Part shown: in pieces, positions 37,893 through 46,891 of the stretch
Layout: the number at the start of each line of letters is the position of its first letter
Numbering within the stretch: position 1 is the first letter of the stretch
Origin: Gemmatimonadales bacterium
Lineage (GTDB): Bacteria; Gemmatimonadota; Gemmatimonadetes; Gemmatimonadales; GWC2-71-9
Length of the DNA: 64,000 bases
NCBI GenBank assembly: GCA_035559715.1
Contig: DATMAW010000161.1
Coordinates: 2,271 to 66,270 of the forward strand
Direction: 5' to 3'
The notes under the pieces: generated by a model
What the model saw: the letters and a program-made list of their open reading frames with translations, nothing else
The model's database searches: none
Told to the model about the DNA's origin: nothing
Position numbers and translations under genes: made by a program

Positions 37893-39024
37893 CTTCCGTT
37901 GGCTCGTCACTGCCGGGCTCGCGCTGCTCGTGGGGTGCGGGACCGAGGTCACAAGACACTCCGCTGCGGTGACGCGCGAGCTGTTTGGGTTCCTGCCCAG
38001 CGAGGACTCGGTGCACGTTCACACGTTGACCAACGCCAACGGCCTCGAAGTCCGTGTGGTGGATTACGGAGGAATTATCCTCTCGCTCAAGACACCCGAT
38101 CGCCACGGTGAGATGGCGGACATCGTGCTGGGTCATGACTCGCTCGAGGGCTACCTCCAGGCGTCCCCTTACTTCGGCGCCATCGTCGGCCGCTACGCCA
38201 ATCGCATCGCGCGAGGCCGATTCACGCTGGACGGCCGGACCTATCGCCTCGCCACCAACAACGGCCCCAACCATCTCCACGGCGGGGTCACCGGATTCGA
38301 CAAGGCCCTGTGGGCCGCCGAGCCGTTCCAGTCGGACAGCGGGGTGGGCGTCGTGTTCACGCACACCAGCGGCGACGGTGAGGAGGGCTACCCGGGAACC
38401 CTCAGCGTGCGCGTGCGCTATCTGCTCACGGACTCGAATCAACTGATCTTCGATTACCACGCCACGACGGACAAACCCACACCGGTCAACCTGACGCAGC
38501 ACAGCTATTTCAATCTGGCGGGCCACGCGAGCGGGAACATCCTGCGTCACGTGCTCATGATCAACGCGAGTCACTACACGCCGGTGGATTCCACCCTCAT
38601 CCCCACGGGCGAGATCGCGCCTGTGGAGGGGACACCGCTGGATTTCCGCACGCCGACGCCCATCGGGGCCCGGATCGCCGAAGGTCACGAGCAGCTCCGC
38701 CACGGCGGTGGGTACGACCACAACTTCGTGCTGGATCGGGCGGGGCCGGGCCTGGTGCACGCCGCGCGCGTGGTGGAGCCCGCGAGCGGGCGCACGCTCG
38801 ACGTCTATACGACCGAGCCGGGACTGCAATTCTACTCCGGCAATTTCCTCGATAGCACGATCACCGGTAAGAGCGGACAGGTGTATCCGCACCGCGCCGG
38901 GTTCTGCCTCGAGACGCAGCACTTTCCGGACTCGCCGAACCAGCCTTCGTTCCCGTCAACCATTCTCAGGCCCGGCGAGGAGTATCGGTCGCGCACCGTG
39001 TGGCGGTTCGGCGTGGAGCGCTGA
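37876..39024 (+). CDS. galM: aldose 1-epimerase (galactose mutarotase), with lipoprotein-type signal
   Basis: GAIVGRYANRIARGRFTLDGRTYRLATNNGPNHLHGG, TNLTQHSYFNL, GGYDHNF and FCLETQHFPDSPN are canonical GalM motifs. The N-terminal LALLVGCG lipobox suggests export. Confidence 0.9.
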   Translation: MKRVPDFRWLVTAGLALLVGCGTEVTRHSAAVTRELFGFLPSEDSVHVHTLTNANGLEVRVVDYGGIILSLKTPDRHGEMADIVLGHDSLEGYLQASPYFGAIVGRYANRIARGRFTLDGRTYRLATNNGPNHLHGGVTGFDKALWAAEPFQSDSGVGVVFTHTSGDGEEGYPGTLSVRVRYLLTDSNQLIFDYHATTDKPTPVNLTQHSYFNLAGHASGNILRHVLMINASHYTPVDSTLIPTGEIAPVEGTPLDFRTPTPIGARIAEGHEQLRHGGGYDHNFVLDRAGPGLVHAARVVEPASGRTLDVYTTEPGLQFYSGNFLDSTITGKSGQVYPHRAGFCLETQHFPDSPNQPSFPSTILRPGEEYRSRTVWRFGVER

Positions 39025-39121
39025 CAAGTCCAGCAAGCTGCTGGTAGACGAGCGAGATAGCGAGCGACCGAGCGGGTCGCGAGAACCCTGGAGCTCGGTT
39101 TTGAGCAGCCGACTGGAGAGG

Positions 39122-41980
39122 CTACCGTACGATCGCTTCGGCGTACTGCGGTTCCACGTTTTCGAAGAACAGTCCCTGAAACTGCCCCGGCCTGAGCGGC
39201 GGTAGCTCTAATTCCACGGTGTGCAGCTCGTCGGGACTGAGGTGTGACACGTCGGCGTAGAACCCGACGAACGCGCGGGCGTAGGGTCGGATTGACGAGT
39301 ACGCCTTCATAAGATCCACCGGCTGTCCGTCAATCCGCATGCGCACCACCCACCGATCGTCCGGCTCGGCGATTTGCACGAACAGCAGCAGGCGCTCCGG
39401 CACGAGCCAGGGCGTGCGATAATCCTCGGCCGTCCACGGAATTGGCCATGCGCGCCGCCGGGCGGCGAGCTGATCGAACACGCGGCGCGGAATGGAGAAC
39501 GTGCCGCGGAATGAACCACCCCTGAAGCTCGGATCGTAGTCGCCCACCTGCTGAAGCTGGCGGAACGGCGCGCCGGCGAAGCGCACGTCGAGCGTCACGA
39601 CGTGCTCGGCAACGCGGGCAAACGCGGCCGGGCGATCGCCCAACCGCACGGCCGTGACCGCGCGACCTCGCGGCAGCAGCACGAGGAGACGGTCACTCGT
39701 TCCTGCCTCGCCCCGCACGCCCGTGAGCTGCAACACGCTCCCGTCCAACGCGGCCGACCCCGTGGCGTTGAACAAGATGGGCGCCTCGATAACGCCCGGC
39801 GCCGGCGCGATCTCCAGCACTCGGGCCGATCCGCCGTCCATCGCCACGGGCAGGCGATCGCCGCGAGTCCATACGCCCGCCTCCGGCTTTCCGACGAACC
39901 GGCCGTCCAGCGGGTACAGTTCCCGGACGACGTACCGCGCACCCTGCGTCAAGCCGATCGTCGAATCCAGCGGCAACGCGGCGTCGAGCCGGCGGCCGTT
40001 GGGATTGAACAGGAACACATACCCGCGATCGCCCACCATCGCAGCGGTCCCATCCAGCTTGCCCAGCGCCGGCTGCCCCAGGATCGCGCGCGTGCGCCGC
40101 AAGAAGTCTTTGTTGTGATCGGTCCACGCAATCCATCTCCGGAACCACTCGATGTCCTCCGGGGAGAGGTGCCGGAACTCTGCGGTGTCGCGCGCCGGAA
40201 TCATGTTCAGCACGTTGTTCCAGCCTCCCGTGGCGATGGAGGAGAGCAGCGAGTACCGCCAGCCCAGGTAGTCCCAATCGCGCAGGCGGAACGGTGTGGG
40301 GAAGATGTCCCGCTCGGTGCGCATCTCCGGCATGCGGCCCGTGTCGTCAATCCGCGGGGTCTGGTGCGTAATGAACCCCGGAACGATCTCGTTCGGCGCG
40401 AACTCGTAGTTGCGATACAGGTAGGCCGTGTAGCGCTGCCGCGCTGCGGACACTCGGTCGAAGTGCACGTCCGGAAACGGCACGAAACTCTCGGGCTGCT
40501 CGTCGTTGAACGTGGGATGCGGGTAGCTTCCGGCCAGCCAGCTCCACGGGCCGTACAGGTGGTACGCCTGCCGCCCATCAATCACGATGTCGGGAATGCG
40601 GCGCCGCAGCTCTTCCATCACGCGCCGCCAACCCCACCACTGCGCGTACGGGCTCGTGCCGGGATAGTTGAGGAACGTGTGATCGAACGCGTAACCGCCG
40701 ATCCCGGTTCGATGGTAGAAGGCCACCAGAGTCTCGATCAGCCAATCCTGCAGGCTCCGCACGCCGAGGTCGGCGTAGAACCGCGTCGAATCGCGCGGCG
40801 ACCGAACCAGCCATTCCGGATTCTGCGCGAACGGCACCACCGGATACACATACGCCACGAGCTTCAGGTTCCTGGATCGCGCGTAGTCCAGCATCTCTTG
40901 AACGCTGGCCGGCACGGTGTCCCGCCGCGGATCCCACTCATTGCGCCGCAGCCGCTGGCCGAGGCCGAGCCAGAGGAGATTCTCCCAGCTCCAGTCGTCG
41001 GCGCTTTCGACGCGCCGCGAGAGAGCGGAGTTGGTCGGCGCGAACAAGACGTACTCGGCGCCCAGTTCGGCCGCGCGATCCATGACCCTGCGATACTCGG
41101 CACGTCCGGCGGTGGTGGCGATGTCAATCTGATAATCGTTCACGCACCAACCCACGAAGATGTTGGTGGGTCGCTGGGGCCGGTGGAGCAGGAACGCGCG
41201 CGCGAGATCGGTGAACGTCGCCACTTCCGCTTCATCCAAACCGGGCGCCTCGTCCGCCGCGCCGTAGCGCCACTCGGGCGTCATGTGCAGCGGCTGGCGC
41301 CGGCCCGTCAGGCGATAGGGCGCCAGCAGTCCACGATCGGCGGCGAAGGTTCCATCCGCCGTACGCCACGACATCGCGGGCGCGTAGCGCAGCGCGAACT
41401 CCCCTCGGCGATCGGCATCTCGCAGCACCTGGAGGAACGGATTCTGTACCACCGCGAGCAGGCCGCGGCCGTCAGCGAACCGAAGCGCTGCTCCGTAATC
41501 GGCGGTACCCACGCGGGGGCGCGCGGTGGGAGGAACGAACGCTTCCACCGGCGACTCGTCCAGCGCCGCGCGGAACACCGTCACCTCGTCCACCCGGTAC
41601 CCCGCCCCGCGGGGGCCCGTCACACGCAGCTGCTTGCTCACGAAGCGCCAGTCCGGCTCCAGCTCATAGACCACATCCAGCTGATACGGCCCGGCGCTCC
41701 ACGCATACGTCACACGCTGCGCCTCGACGCGCCGCAAGGGATTTCCGAGCGTCGCGCTCTCGTATCGCACACCGTCGAACGTCACGCTGAACTCATCGGT
41801 GCGGAACCGATAGGTGTCGCCCCGCGCTCGATCGGTGAGGGAGATCAGCCCCCGCGCCCCCAGCTCGGCTCGCAGGGCGGCGTTCTCGAGCCACACCGGC
41901 GCCTGCGCCACGGCCGACGCACGGCTGCCGAGCGAGAACGCAAGGCCCCACCACACGGCAACGCGGCCGAATTGCGGCAT
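39122..41980 (-). CDS. large exported hypothetical protein, putative glycoside hydrolase (TIM-barrel-like central region)
   Basis: Start re-called to MPQFGRVAVWWGLAFSLGSRASAVAQA (signal peptide), 6 nt after the SSF symporter stop. The central region (VGWCVNDYQIDI...AELGAEYVLFAP...LKLVAYVYP...GIGGYAFDH...IVIDGRQAYH) resembles clan GH-D/alpha-galactosidase-like barrels, but I cannot assign a family. Antisense track ORF 39602..42007 is junk. Confidence 0.75.
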   Translation of the reverse strand: MPQFGRVAVWWGLAFSLGSRASAVAQAPVWLENAALRAELGARGLISLTDRARGDTYRFRTDEFSVTFDGVRYESATLGNPLRRVEAQRVTYAWSAGPYQLDVVYELEPDWRFVSKQLRVTGPRGAGYRVDEVTVFRAALDESPVEAFVPPTARPRVGTADYGAALRFADGRGLLAVVQNPFLQVLRDADRRGEFALRYAPAMSWRTADGTFAADRGLLAPYRLTGRRQPLHMTPEWRYGAADEAPGLDEAEVATFTDLARAFLLHRPQRPTNIFVGWCVNDYQIDIATTAGRAEYRRVMDRAAELGAEYVLFAPTNSALSRRVESADDWSWENLLWLGLGQRLRRNEWDPRRDTVPASVQEMLDYARSRNLKLVAYVYPVVPFAQNPEWLVRSPRDSTRFYADLGVRSLQDWLIETLVAFYHRTGIGGYAFDHTFLNYPGTSPYAQWWGWRRVMEELRRRIPDIVIDGRQAYHLYGPWSWLAGSYPHPTFNDEQPESFVPFPDVHFDRVSAARQRYTAYLYRNYEFAPNEIVPGFITHQTPRIDDTGRMPEMRTERDIFPTPFRLRDWDYLGWRYSLLSSIATGGWNNVLNMIPARDTAEFRHLSPEDIEWFRRWIAWTDHNKDFLRRTRAILGQPALGKLDGTAAMVGDRGYVFLFNPNGRRLDAALPLDSTIGLTQGARYVVRELYPLDGRFVGKPEAGVWTRGDRLPVAMDGGSARVLEIAPAPGVIEAPILFNATGSAALDGSVLQLTGVRGEAGTSDRLLVLLPRGRAVTAVRLGDRPAAFARVAEHVVTLDVRFAGAPFRQLQQVGDYDPSFRGGSFRGTFSIPRRVFDQLAARRRAWPIPWTAEDYRTPWLVPERLLLFVQIAEPDDRWVVRMRIDGQPVDLMKAYSSIRPYARAFVGFYADVSHLSPDELHTVELELPPLRPGQFQGLFFENVEPQYAEAIVR

Positions 41981-41985
41981 CCGAA

Positions 41986-43749
41986 TCACCCGCCGAACGA
42001 CAGGTAGACCCCGAGGATGGTCGCGAGGACGACGGCGGACGCGATCACGTCCCAGTGATTCCAACTGGCCCGCGATTCCTCACGCTGGTTCGCCGTGAGC
42101 GTGGCGTACGTGAGGCCCTCGAGCGATGCCGCGTCCGGCGCCCGGGTCAGGTAGCTCACGCCGATCATCACGACGACCGAGACCGCGAAGATGAACAGGC
42201 TATAGTACTGGAAGTACAGGTTGTTCACGATCCACAGGAACGAGCCCGGTGCGTATCCCTGCGCCAACCCGCCGATACCGAGCGTGACGGGTGTGTCCAC
42301 GGCGAGCCGGAACGCGCCGAGTCCGAATCCCACCACGAGCGCCGCGAGGCAGCCTTGCGCGTTCAAGCGGCGATGGAACACGCCGAAGAAGAACACCGTG
42401 AAGATCGGCGCGCCGATGTACGCCGACATCCCCTGCAGATACTCGTACAACCCGCGCGCCCCCTGGATCACCGGGATCCACATCAACCCGATCAGCACCA
42501 TGATGGCCGTGGCGACCCGACCCGTCCACACGAGGCGGTGTTGCGTGGCGGCAGGCCGGAACTTGCGGTACAGATCCATGGTGACGAGGGTCGAAGCGGC
42601 ATTGAACACGCCGGCAAGCGAGCTCATCAAGGCGGCCAGGAGTCCCGCGACGACGAGACCACGCACGCCCGCGGGCAGCACGTGTTGCACCATCAGCGGG
42701 AACACCGCCTGCGCCGCGGGCCTCACCACTTCCCCGTCGGGACTCACGATCTGCGCGAGACCTGGCACCTTGCCCGTCTTCGCCAGCGCCAGCGCGATCA
42801 TTCCGGGGATGATGAAAATGAACACCGGCATCAGCTTGAGCCCGGCCGCGAAGATGCTGCCTCGGCGGGCCTGGCGTTCGTTGGCCGCACCCAGTACTCG
42901 CTGCACGATGTACTGATCGGTGCACCAGTACCACAGCCCGATGATTGGCGCGCACAAGAGCATGCCGGGCCATGGGAAGTTGCCGTTGAAGTACCAGGCG
43001 ATGCGGCCCGCCTCCTTCACCGGCGCCCACGTGCCCTCCATGCCGGTCGGGATGATCGGCTTCCAGAGGTTGAACATTTCCGGCGAGAGCGCGGCGCGAA
43101 GCTCGCTCCAGCCACCGAGCTTCGCCAGCCCGAGCGTGGTGAGCAGCACCGATCCTATCACCAGCACCAACGTCTGTAATGCGTCGGTGTACGCCACGGC
43201 GCGCATGCCACCCAGCACCGTGTACAGCCCCGTGAGCGTCACCACGATCCCCGAGCCGATCCAAAAGCCGTTGAGGCGCACTCCACCGAGGGAAAGGCTC
43301 ATCTCCGGCAGCAGCGTGGCGAAGACCACGCCGCCGGCAAAGATCCCCACGGCGATCTTGGTGAGCACATAGGCCACGAGGGAGATACACGCGAGCACCC
43401 AGCGCGACGCCGGCGAGAAGCGCCGCTCCAGAAACTCCGGCATGGTGAACACAAACGAGCGCATGTAGAACGGCACGAACACCCACGCGAGCACGAGCAG
43501 GCACCAGGCATGCAGCTCGAAGTGCGCCAGCGCCACGCCATCGGTGGCGCCGGACGCCGCGAGCCCCACGAGGTGCTCGGACCCAATGTTCGACGCGAAG
43601 ATCGAGGCGCCGATCACGAACCAGCCAAGATCGCGGTTGGCGAGGAAGTAGTCGGCGGCCGTGTCCTTGTTGCGCCGCACCACCCAGGTGATCAGACCGG
43701 CCAGTGCGGCGAAGTACGCGGAGATCGTCGCCCAATCGAGTGCGGTCAT
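41986..43749 (-). CDS. sodium:solute symporter family (SGLT-like sugar) transporter
   Basis: Start re-called to MTALDWATISAYFAALAGLITWVV... ADYFLANRDLGWFVIGASIFASNIGSEHLVGLAASG is the SSF signature region. About 14 TMs. Confidence 0.9.
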   Translation of the reverse strand: MTALDWATISAYFAALAGLITWVVRRNKDTAADYFLANRDLGWFVIGASIFASNIGSEHLVGLAASGATDGVALAHFELHAWCLLVLAWVFVPFYMRSFVFTMPEFLERRFSPASRWVLACISLVAYVLTKIAVGIFAGGVVFATLLPEMSLSLGGVRLNGFWIGSGIVVTLTGLYTVLGGMRAVAYTDALQTLVLVIGSVLLTTLGLAKLGGWSELRAALSPEMFNLWKPIIPTGMEGTWAPVKEAGRIAWYFNGNFPWPGMLLCAPIIGLWYWCTDQYIVQRVLGAANERQARRGSIFAAGLKLMPVFIFIIPGMIALALAKTGKVPGLAQIVSPDGEVVRPAAQAVFPLMVQHVLPAGVRGLVVAGLLAALMSSLAGVFNAASTLVTMDLYRKFRPAATQHRLVWTGRVATAIMVLIGLMWIPVIQGARGLYEYLQGMSAYIGAPIFTVFFFGVFHRRLNAQGCLAALVVGFGLGAFRLAVDTPVTLGIGGLAQGYAPGSFLWIVNNLYFQYYSLFIFAVSVVVMIGVSYLTRAPDAASLEGLTYATLTANQREESRASWNHWDVIASAVVLATILGVYLSFGG

Positions 43750-43831
43750 GGAGCGGAAGAGTCCACGCGCATGGAAGAGGCCGCATACAGTACGCTGCGA
43801 CCCGCGACTCAGGAAGGTGGTCGTGGAGTGG

Positions 43832-45481
43832 CTATGACACCGACGCCGGGGCCTGCTCTTCAACGGCTGCGGCTGGTCGCAGCACACCGGCGTCGCACGG
43901 CCCACATTCTTCGGGTGCCGGCAGGTGCGCCTCCCACCAGCGGCGCGCGCGCCCTTCGGTCCACGGCTCGGCGAGCGGCACGGCGTCGAGCCGGCGGATC
44001 ACATCGGTCACGCTCTGCGGGCGGCTCTCGGGCTTCTTCGCCAGACAGGCGAGCACGAGGTCGTCCAGCTCTCGCGGGACGTCGAATTCCGCGAGCTGCG
44101 AGGGTGGGACGGGCGGGTCCTGGATGTGGCGGTACATCATCTTCACGGGCGTATCGGCGTCGAACACGGTGCGACCGGTGAGCAACCAGTAGGCGACGCA
44201 GCCCAGCGAGTAGATGTCCGCTCGCGGGTCCACGGCATCGCCCACGGCCGCCTCCGGCGAGATGTAGGCCGGGGTGCCCGTGGCGATCTGCGGCGCCGTG
44301 AGGCGCGTGTCGCCGCCATTTCCCGTCACGGCCTTCACCAGGCCGAAGTCGAGCACCTTGATGAAGTCCACCATGAGACCCAGCCGGGCCGCGAAGATGT
44401 TGGAGGGTTTGATGTCGCGGTGGACCAGACCGTTCGCGTGCGCCTCGCCCAGGGAAAGGCAGGCCTGGCGTATGAAGTGGACGACGCGCTCGGGCGGCAC
44501 GGGACCGAAGCGCTGCACCAGAGCTTCGAGATTCACGCCGTCCAGCAGCTCCATGGCGTAGTAGAGCGTGCCATCGTCCGCCGTGCCGAAGTCGTACAGC
44601 TCGATCGTGTGTGGGGAGCGAAGGGCGGCGGCGGCGCGGGCCTCGCGCTTGAATCGCTCGACGACCACGCGACCGTCGCGTCCCGCGCGGGAAAGCGCCT
44701 CCGGCCGGATCAGTTTGATTGCGGCGGGACGGGCCAGCAGGCGGTGCTCCGCGCGGTGCACTTCACCCATGCCGCCGGCGCCGAGCACTTCGCCGAGGCG
44801 GTAGCTCCCCAGCTCCCGGGCTGAGCGCACCTGCCGCCCGAGCTGACGGATCAGATGCGCAGGCAGCACGGCGAGCAAAGCGGAGATGTAGCTCGGGACG
44901 AAGGCCTCGAACATCTGCCGGGCGCCCAGCGCCACCTCCGGGCCGCGAATCGCCTTGACGATGCCCCACGCCACGGGATCCATCGTGGCGGCGGCGAGGC
45001 TCGCGACGAGGATCTTCTTCGGCGTGTTGGGAGCGATCGAGGGGTACGCCAGAATGATGATGCAGGTGAACGAGATGCCGCGGAACTCCACCGGCGGCAC
45101 CCACAGCGTGTACAGGCCGGTGAGCAACGCCATGACGACTTCGAAGACGAGCCCGAGGTCAAGCAGCAGCGCGTGGCGGTCCTCGAATGCCCTGGACATC
45201 AGGACCATTCCCAGAGACACCACCACGCCGGCTCCCGCAATCAGTGCGCCGGGCATGGGCCACATCTGTGCGTAGCTCCCCATCAGGTCCGGGCCGAAGC
45301 GCGACAGCGAGAGGTACAGACCGAAGGGGATCAGCCACAGGAAGGCGAACGCGAGGGCCGCCGTGCCGACGCGGCGGCAGGCCTGAAACGCCACGTCTCC
45401 GGGCAGTGAGGCACCTGACCCCGGGGACCGGGCCGGGGTGCGCTCGGCAACGAGGCGGCGGGAGGGGGCGGGCACGGTCAT
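43832..45481 (-). CDS. polytopic membrane Ser/Thr protein kinase (N-terminal ~6-TM domain, C-terminal Hanks kinase), paralog 2
   Basis: Same architecture and clear full-length similarity to 5091..6737 (shared ...QLGRQVRSARELGSYRLGEVLGAGGMGEV...ARPAAIKLIR...HRDIKPSNIF...DFGLVK...GTPAYISPE...DTPVKMM...EPWTEGRARRWWE). Confidence 0.85.
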   Translation of the reverse strand: MTVPAPSRRLVAERTPARSPGSGASLPGDVAFQACRRVGTAALAFAFLWLIPFGLYLSLSRFGPDLMGSYAQMWPMPGALIAGAGVVVSLGMVLMSRAFEDRHALLLDLGLVFEVVMALLTGLYTLWVPPVEFRGISFTCIIILAYPSIAPNTPKKILVASLAAATMDPVAWGIVKAIRGPEVALGARQMFEAFVPSYISALLAVLPAHLIRQLGRQVRSARELGSYRLGEVLGAGGMGEVHRAEHRLLARPAAIKLIRPEALSRAGRDGRVVVERFKREARAAAALRSPHTIELYDFGTADDGTLYYAMELLDGVNLEALVQRFGPVPPERVVHFIRQACLSLGEAHANGLVHRDIKPSNIFAARLGLMVDFIKVLDFGLVKAVTGNGGDTRLTAPQIATGTPAYISPEAAVGDAVDPRADIYSLGCVAYWLLTGRTVFDADTPVKMMYRHIQDPPVPPSQLAEFDVPRELDDLVLACLAKKPESRPQSVTDVIRRLDAVPLAEPWTEGRARRWWEAHLPAPEECGPCDAGVLRPAAAVEEQAPASVS

Positions 45482-45575
45482 GTGGAATACCGGGTGATGA
45501 AACCTAATGCGATGAAGCGAGTAACGGTTCCTGCGGGCTCAGTCTCCGCGACGTTTCGGAAGCACGGCTCTCGCG

Positions 45576-45626
45576 CTTGCGACCCGAGCGGATGCACTCG
45601 CCTCCGCCATGCCCATGGGCCGAGCC
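45576..45626 (+). repeat. 51-nt intergenic repeat, copy 1 (contains ATG + MPMGRA codons)
   Basis: CTTGCGACCCGAGCGGATGCACTCGCCTCCGCCATGCCCATGGGCCGAGCC. It differs from copy 2 at 2 of 51 positions. Confidence 0.95.
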
Positions 45627-45959
45627 GCCCTGTTCTACGATCGCTTTGGCGAGGAGATCGTCACCGAACTCGTGAACTGGTTCAACGACGTGGATGCCAC
45701 GTACCGCACCGACCTGCGGGAGCTGAACGAACTGAACTTCACTCGGTTCGACGCCAAACTCGAGCAGCGGCTCGCCGAGCTGGCGGCAACTACGCGAGCC
45801 ACTGCCACGCTGACGTCCGTCGTTGCCGAAGAGTGGAGTAACGTGCGGCGGCGGGATGCTCCCGTCCCCCCGCCCGGGAGAGGCCCTATCGGGCGGGCAA
45901 GGACTCCGCGAGGAGGTCGTCCAGTTTGCGGACCTCGGCAGTCGCGCCCAAGCGGCTAA
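45609..45959 (+). CDS. small hypothetical ORF initiated inside repeat copy 1 (possibly truncated or decayed at its 3' half)
   Basis: MPMGRAALFYDRFGEEIVTELVNWFNDVDATYRTDLRELNELNFTRFDAKLEQRLAEL... looks protein-like for ~60 codons. It then becomes low-complexity Arg/Pro and overlaps the 3' end of the convergent TPR gene by ~70 nt. Confidence 0.35.
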   Translation: MPMGRAALFYDRFGEEIVTELVNWFNDVDATYRTDLRELNELNFTRFDAKLEQRLAELAATTRATATLTSVVAEEWSNVRRRDAPVPPPGRGPIGRARTPRGGRPVCGPRQSRPSG

Positions 45960-46890
45960 AAGCGCTGCGGGCTGCCAGGGCGGCGTCGCGGGCATCTCCG
46001 TGCCGTCCGAGAACGTTCAACAGGCGTGCGAGGTCCCGCCGACCCTCGGCGGCAAGCCATGGGCGCTCGTGTTCCTCGGCCTTCGCGATCACCGTGTGCA
46101 GCAGTGGTTCAGCCTCGGCCGGTCGCTCCGCGCCCGCGAGCGCCAGGGCGAGCACCCGGAGGTCCTCCGCCTCGCCGACTACGTCACCCAGCTCGCGATG
46201 CCTGCGCAGCGCGTGCGAGATTTCCCGCAGCCCCACGGCCACGTCGCCGGCGAGGATTCGGATCTCGGCCCGACCGGCTCTCGCCTGAGCAGCCAGCGCC
46301 AGGTCACCGGATGCGTCGGCCTGTTGTACCGCCTCATCCGCCTCTTCCAGCGCCCGGGTGAGATCTCCCTGCTCCCGATAGCAGCGAGCCATGTTGTGGC
46401 GCGCTTCCGCGATGCCGCGGGGGATTCCTGCCTGCTCGAACGCAGCCACCGCCATCGTGTGATAGCCCACGGCTCGCCCGTAGTCGCCCTGCATGATGGC
46501 GACGATGCCGAGGTTGTTGCAGGCCCGACCGACCGTGCTGTGGTCTCCGTCGCCGCGCGCCTCGGCGAGCGCCTTCATGAAGTACTCGGTTGCCTCAGCC
46601 GCCTTACCGCTCTCCAGGGCGATTGCCCCCCGGACGTTGAGCGCCCTCGCCTCCACGGCGCGGTCCCCACGCTCGCGCGCCTTATGAGATGCGACCTCGA
46701 CCCACCGCGCGCCTTCCCCATGGCGCCCCAGTCGCGCGTGCGCGATACCGCACAGCAGCGCGAGCGTGGGCGAACTCTCCAGCTCCTCCTGCGACGAGCC
46801 GCTGAGATGCTGCAGCACCGCCGCGTGCTGGCCAGTGTCCGAGTAGTAGATGGCCTGTCTGAGCTGCATGAGAGGCTGCCGATAGTCCAT
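45886..46890 (-). CDS. TPR-repeat protein
   Basis: Multiple TPR units (ALNVRGAIALESGKAAEATEYFMKAL, CNNLGIVAIMQGDYGRAVGYHTMAV, RHNMARCYREQGDLTRALEEADEAV). Start re-called to MDYRQPL at 46890, immediately after the upstream stop. Confidence 0.8.
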   Translation of the reverse strand: MDYRQPLMQLRQAIYYSDTGQHAAVLQHLSGSSQEELESSPTLALLCGIAHARLGRHGEGARWVEVASHKARERGDRAVEARALNVRGAIALESGKAAEATEYFMKALAEARGDGDHSTVGRACNNLGIVAIMQGDYGRAVGYHTMAVAAFEQAGIPRGIAEARHNMARCYREQGDLTRALEEADEAVQQADASGDLALAAQARAGRAEIRILAGDVAVGLREISHALRRHRELGDVVGEAEDLRVLALALAGAERPAEAEPLLHTVIAKAEEHERPWLAAEGRRDLARLLNVLGRHGDARDAALAARSAFSRLGATAEVRKLDDLLAESLPAR

Positions 46891-46891
46891 G

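Noticed and set aside
39030-39044. Hairpins after galM (CCAGCA-agc-TGCTGG, 39030-39044; CGACC-gagcg-GGTCG, ~39066-39080) and after the ABC exporter (GGAGGC-catc-GCCTCC, 26834-26849) as possible intrinsic terminators.
   Set aside because: The stems are short, with no following T/U tract. Such stems are frequent by chance at this GC content, so I did not call them as terminators.
45576-45626. Considered whether the 51-nt repeat is a tRNA-derived att site, an ECF/sigma-54 promoter or a conserved RNA hairpin.
   Set aside because: There is no T-arm or acceptor-like sequence and no CCA end. GG..GC spacing is 2 nt short of sigma-54 geometry, and there is no AT-rich -10. The candidate stems (GCGGA/TCCGC, CGAG/CTCG) are disrupted, not compensated, in copy 3. 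The element is reported only as an unexplained repeat.
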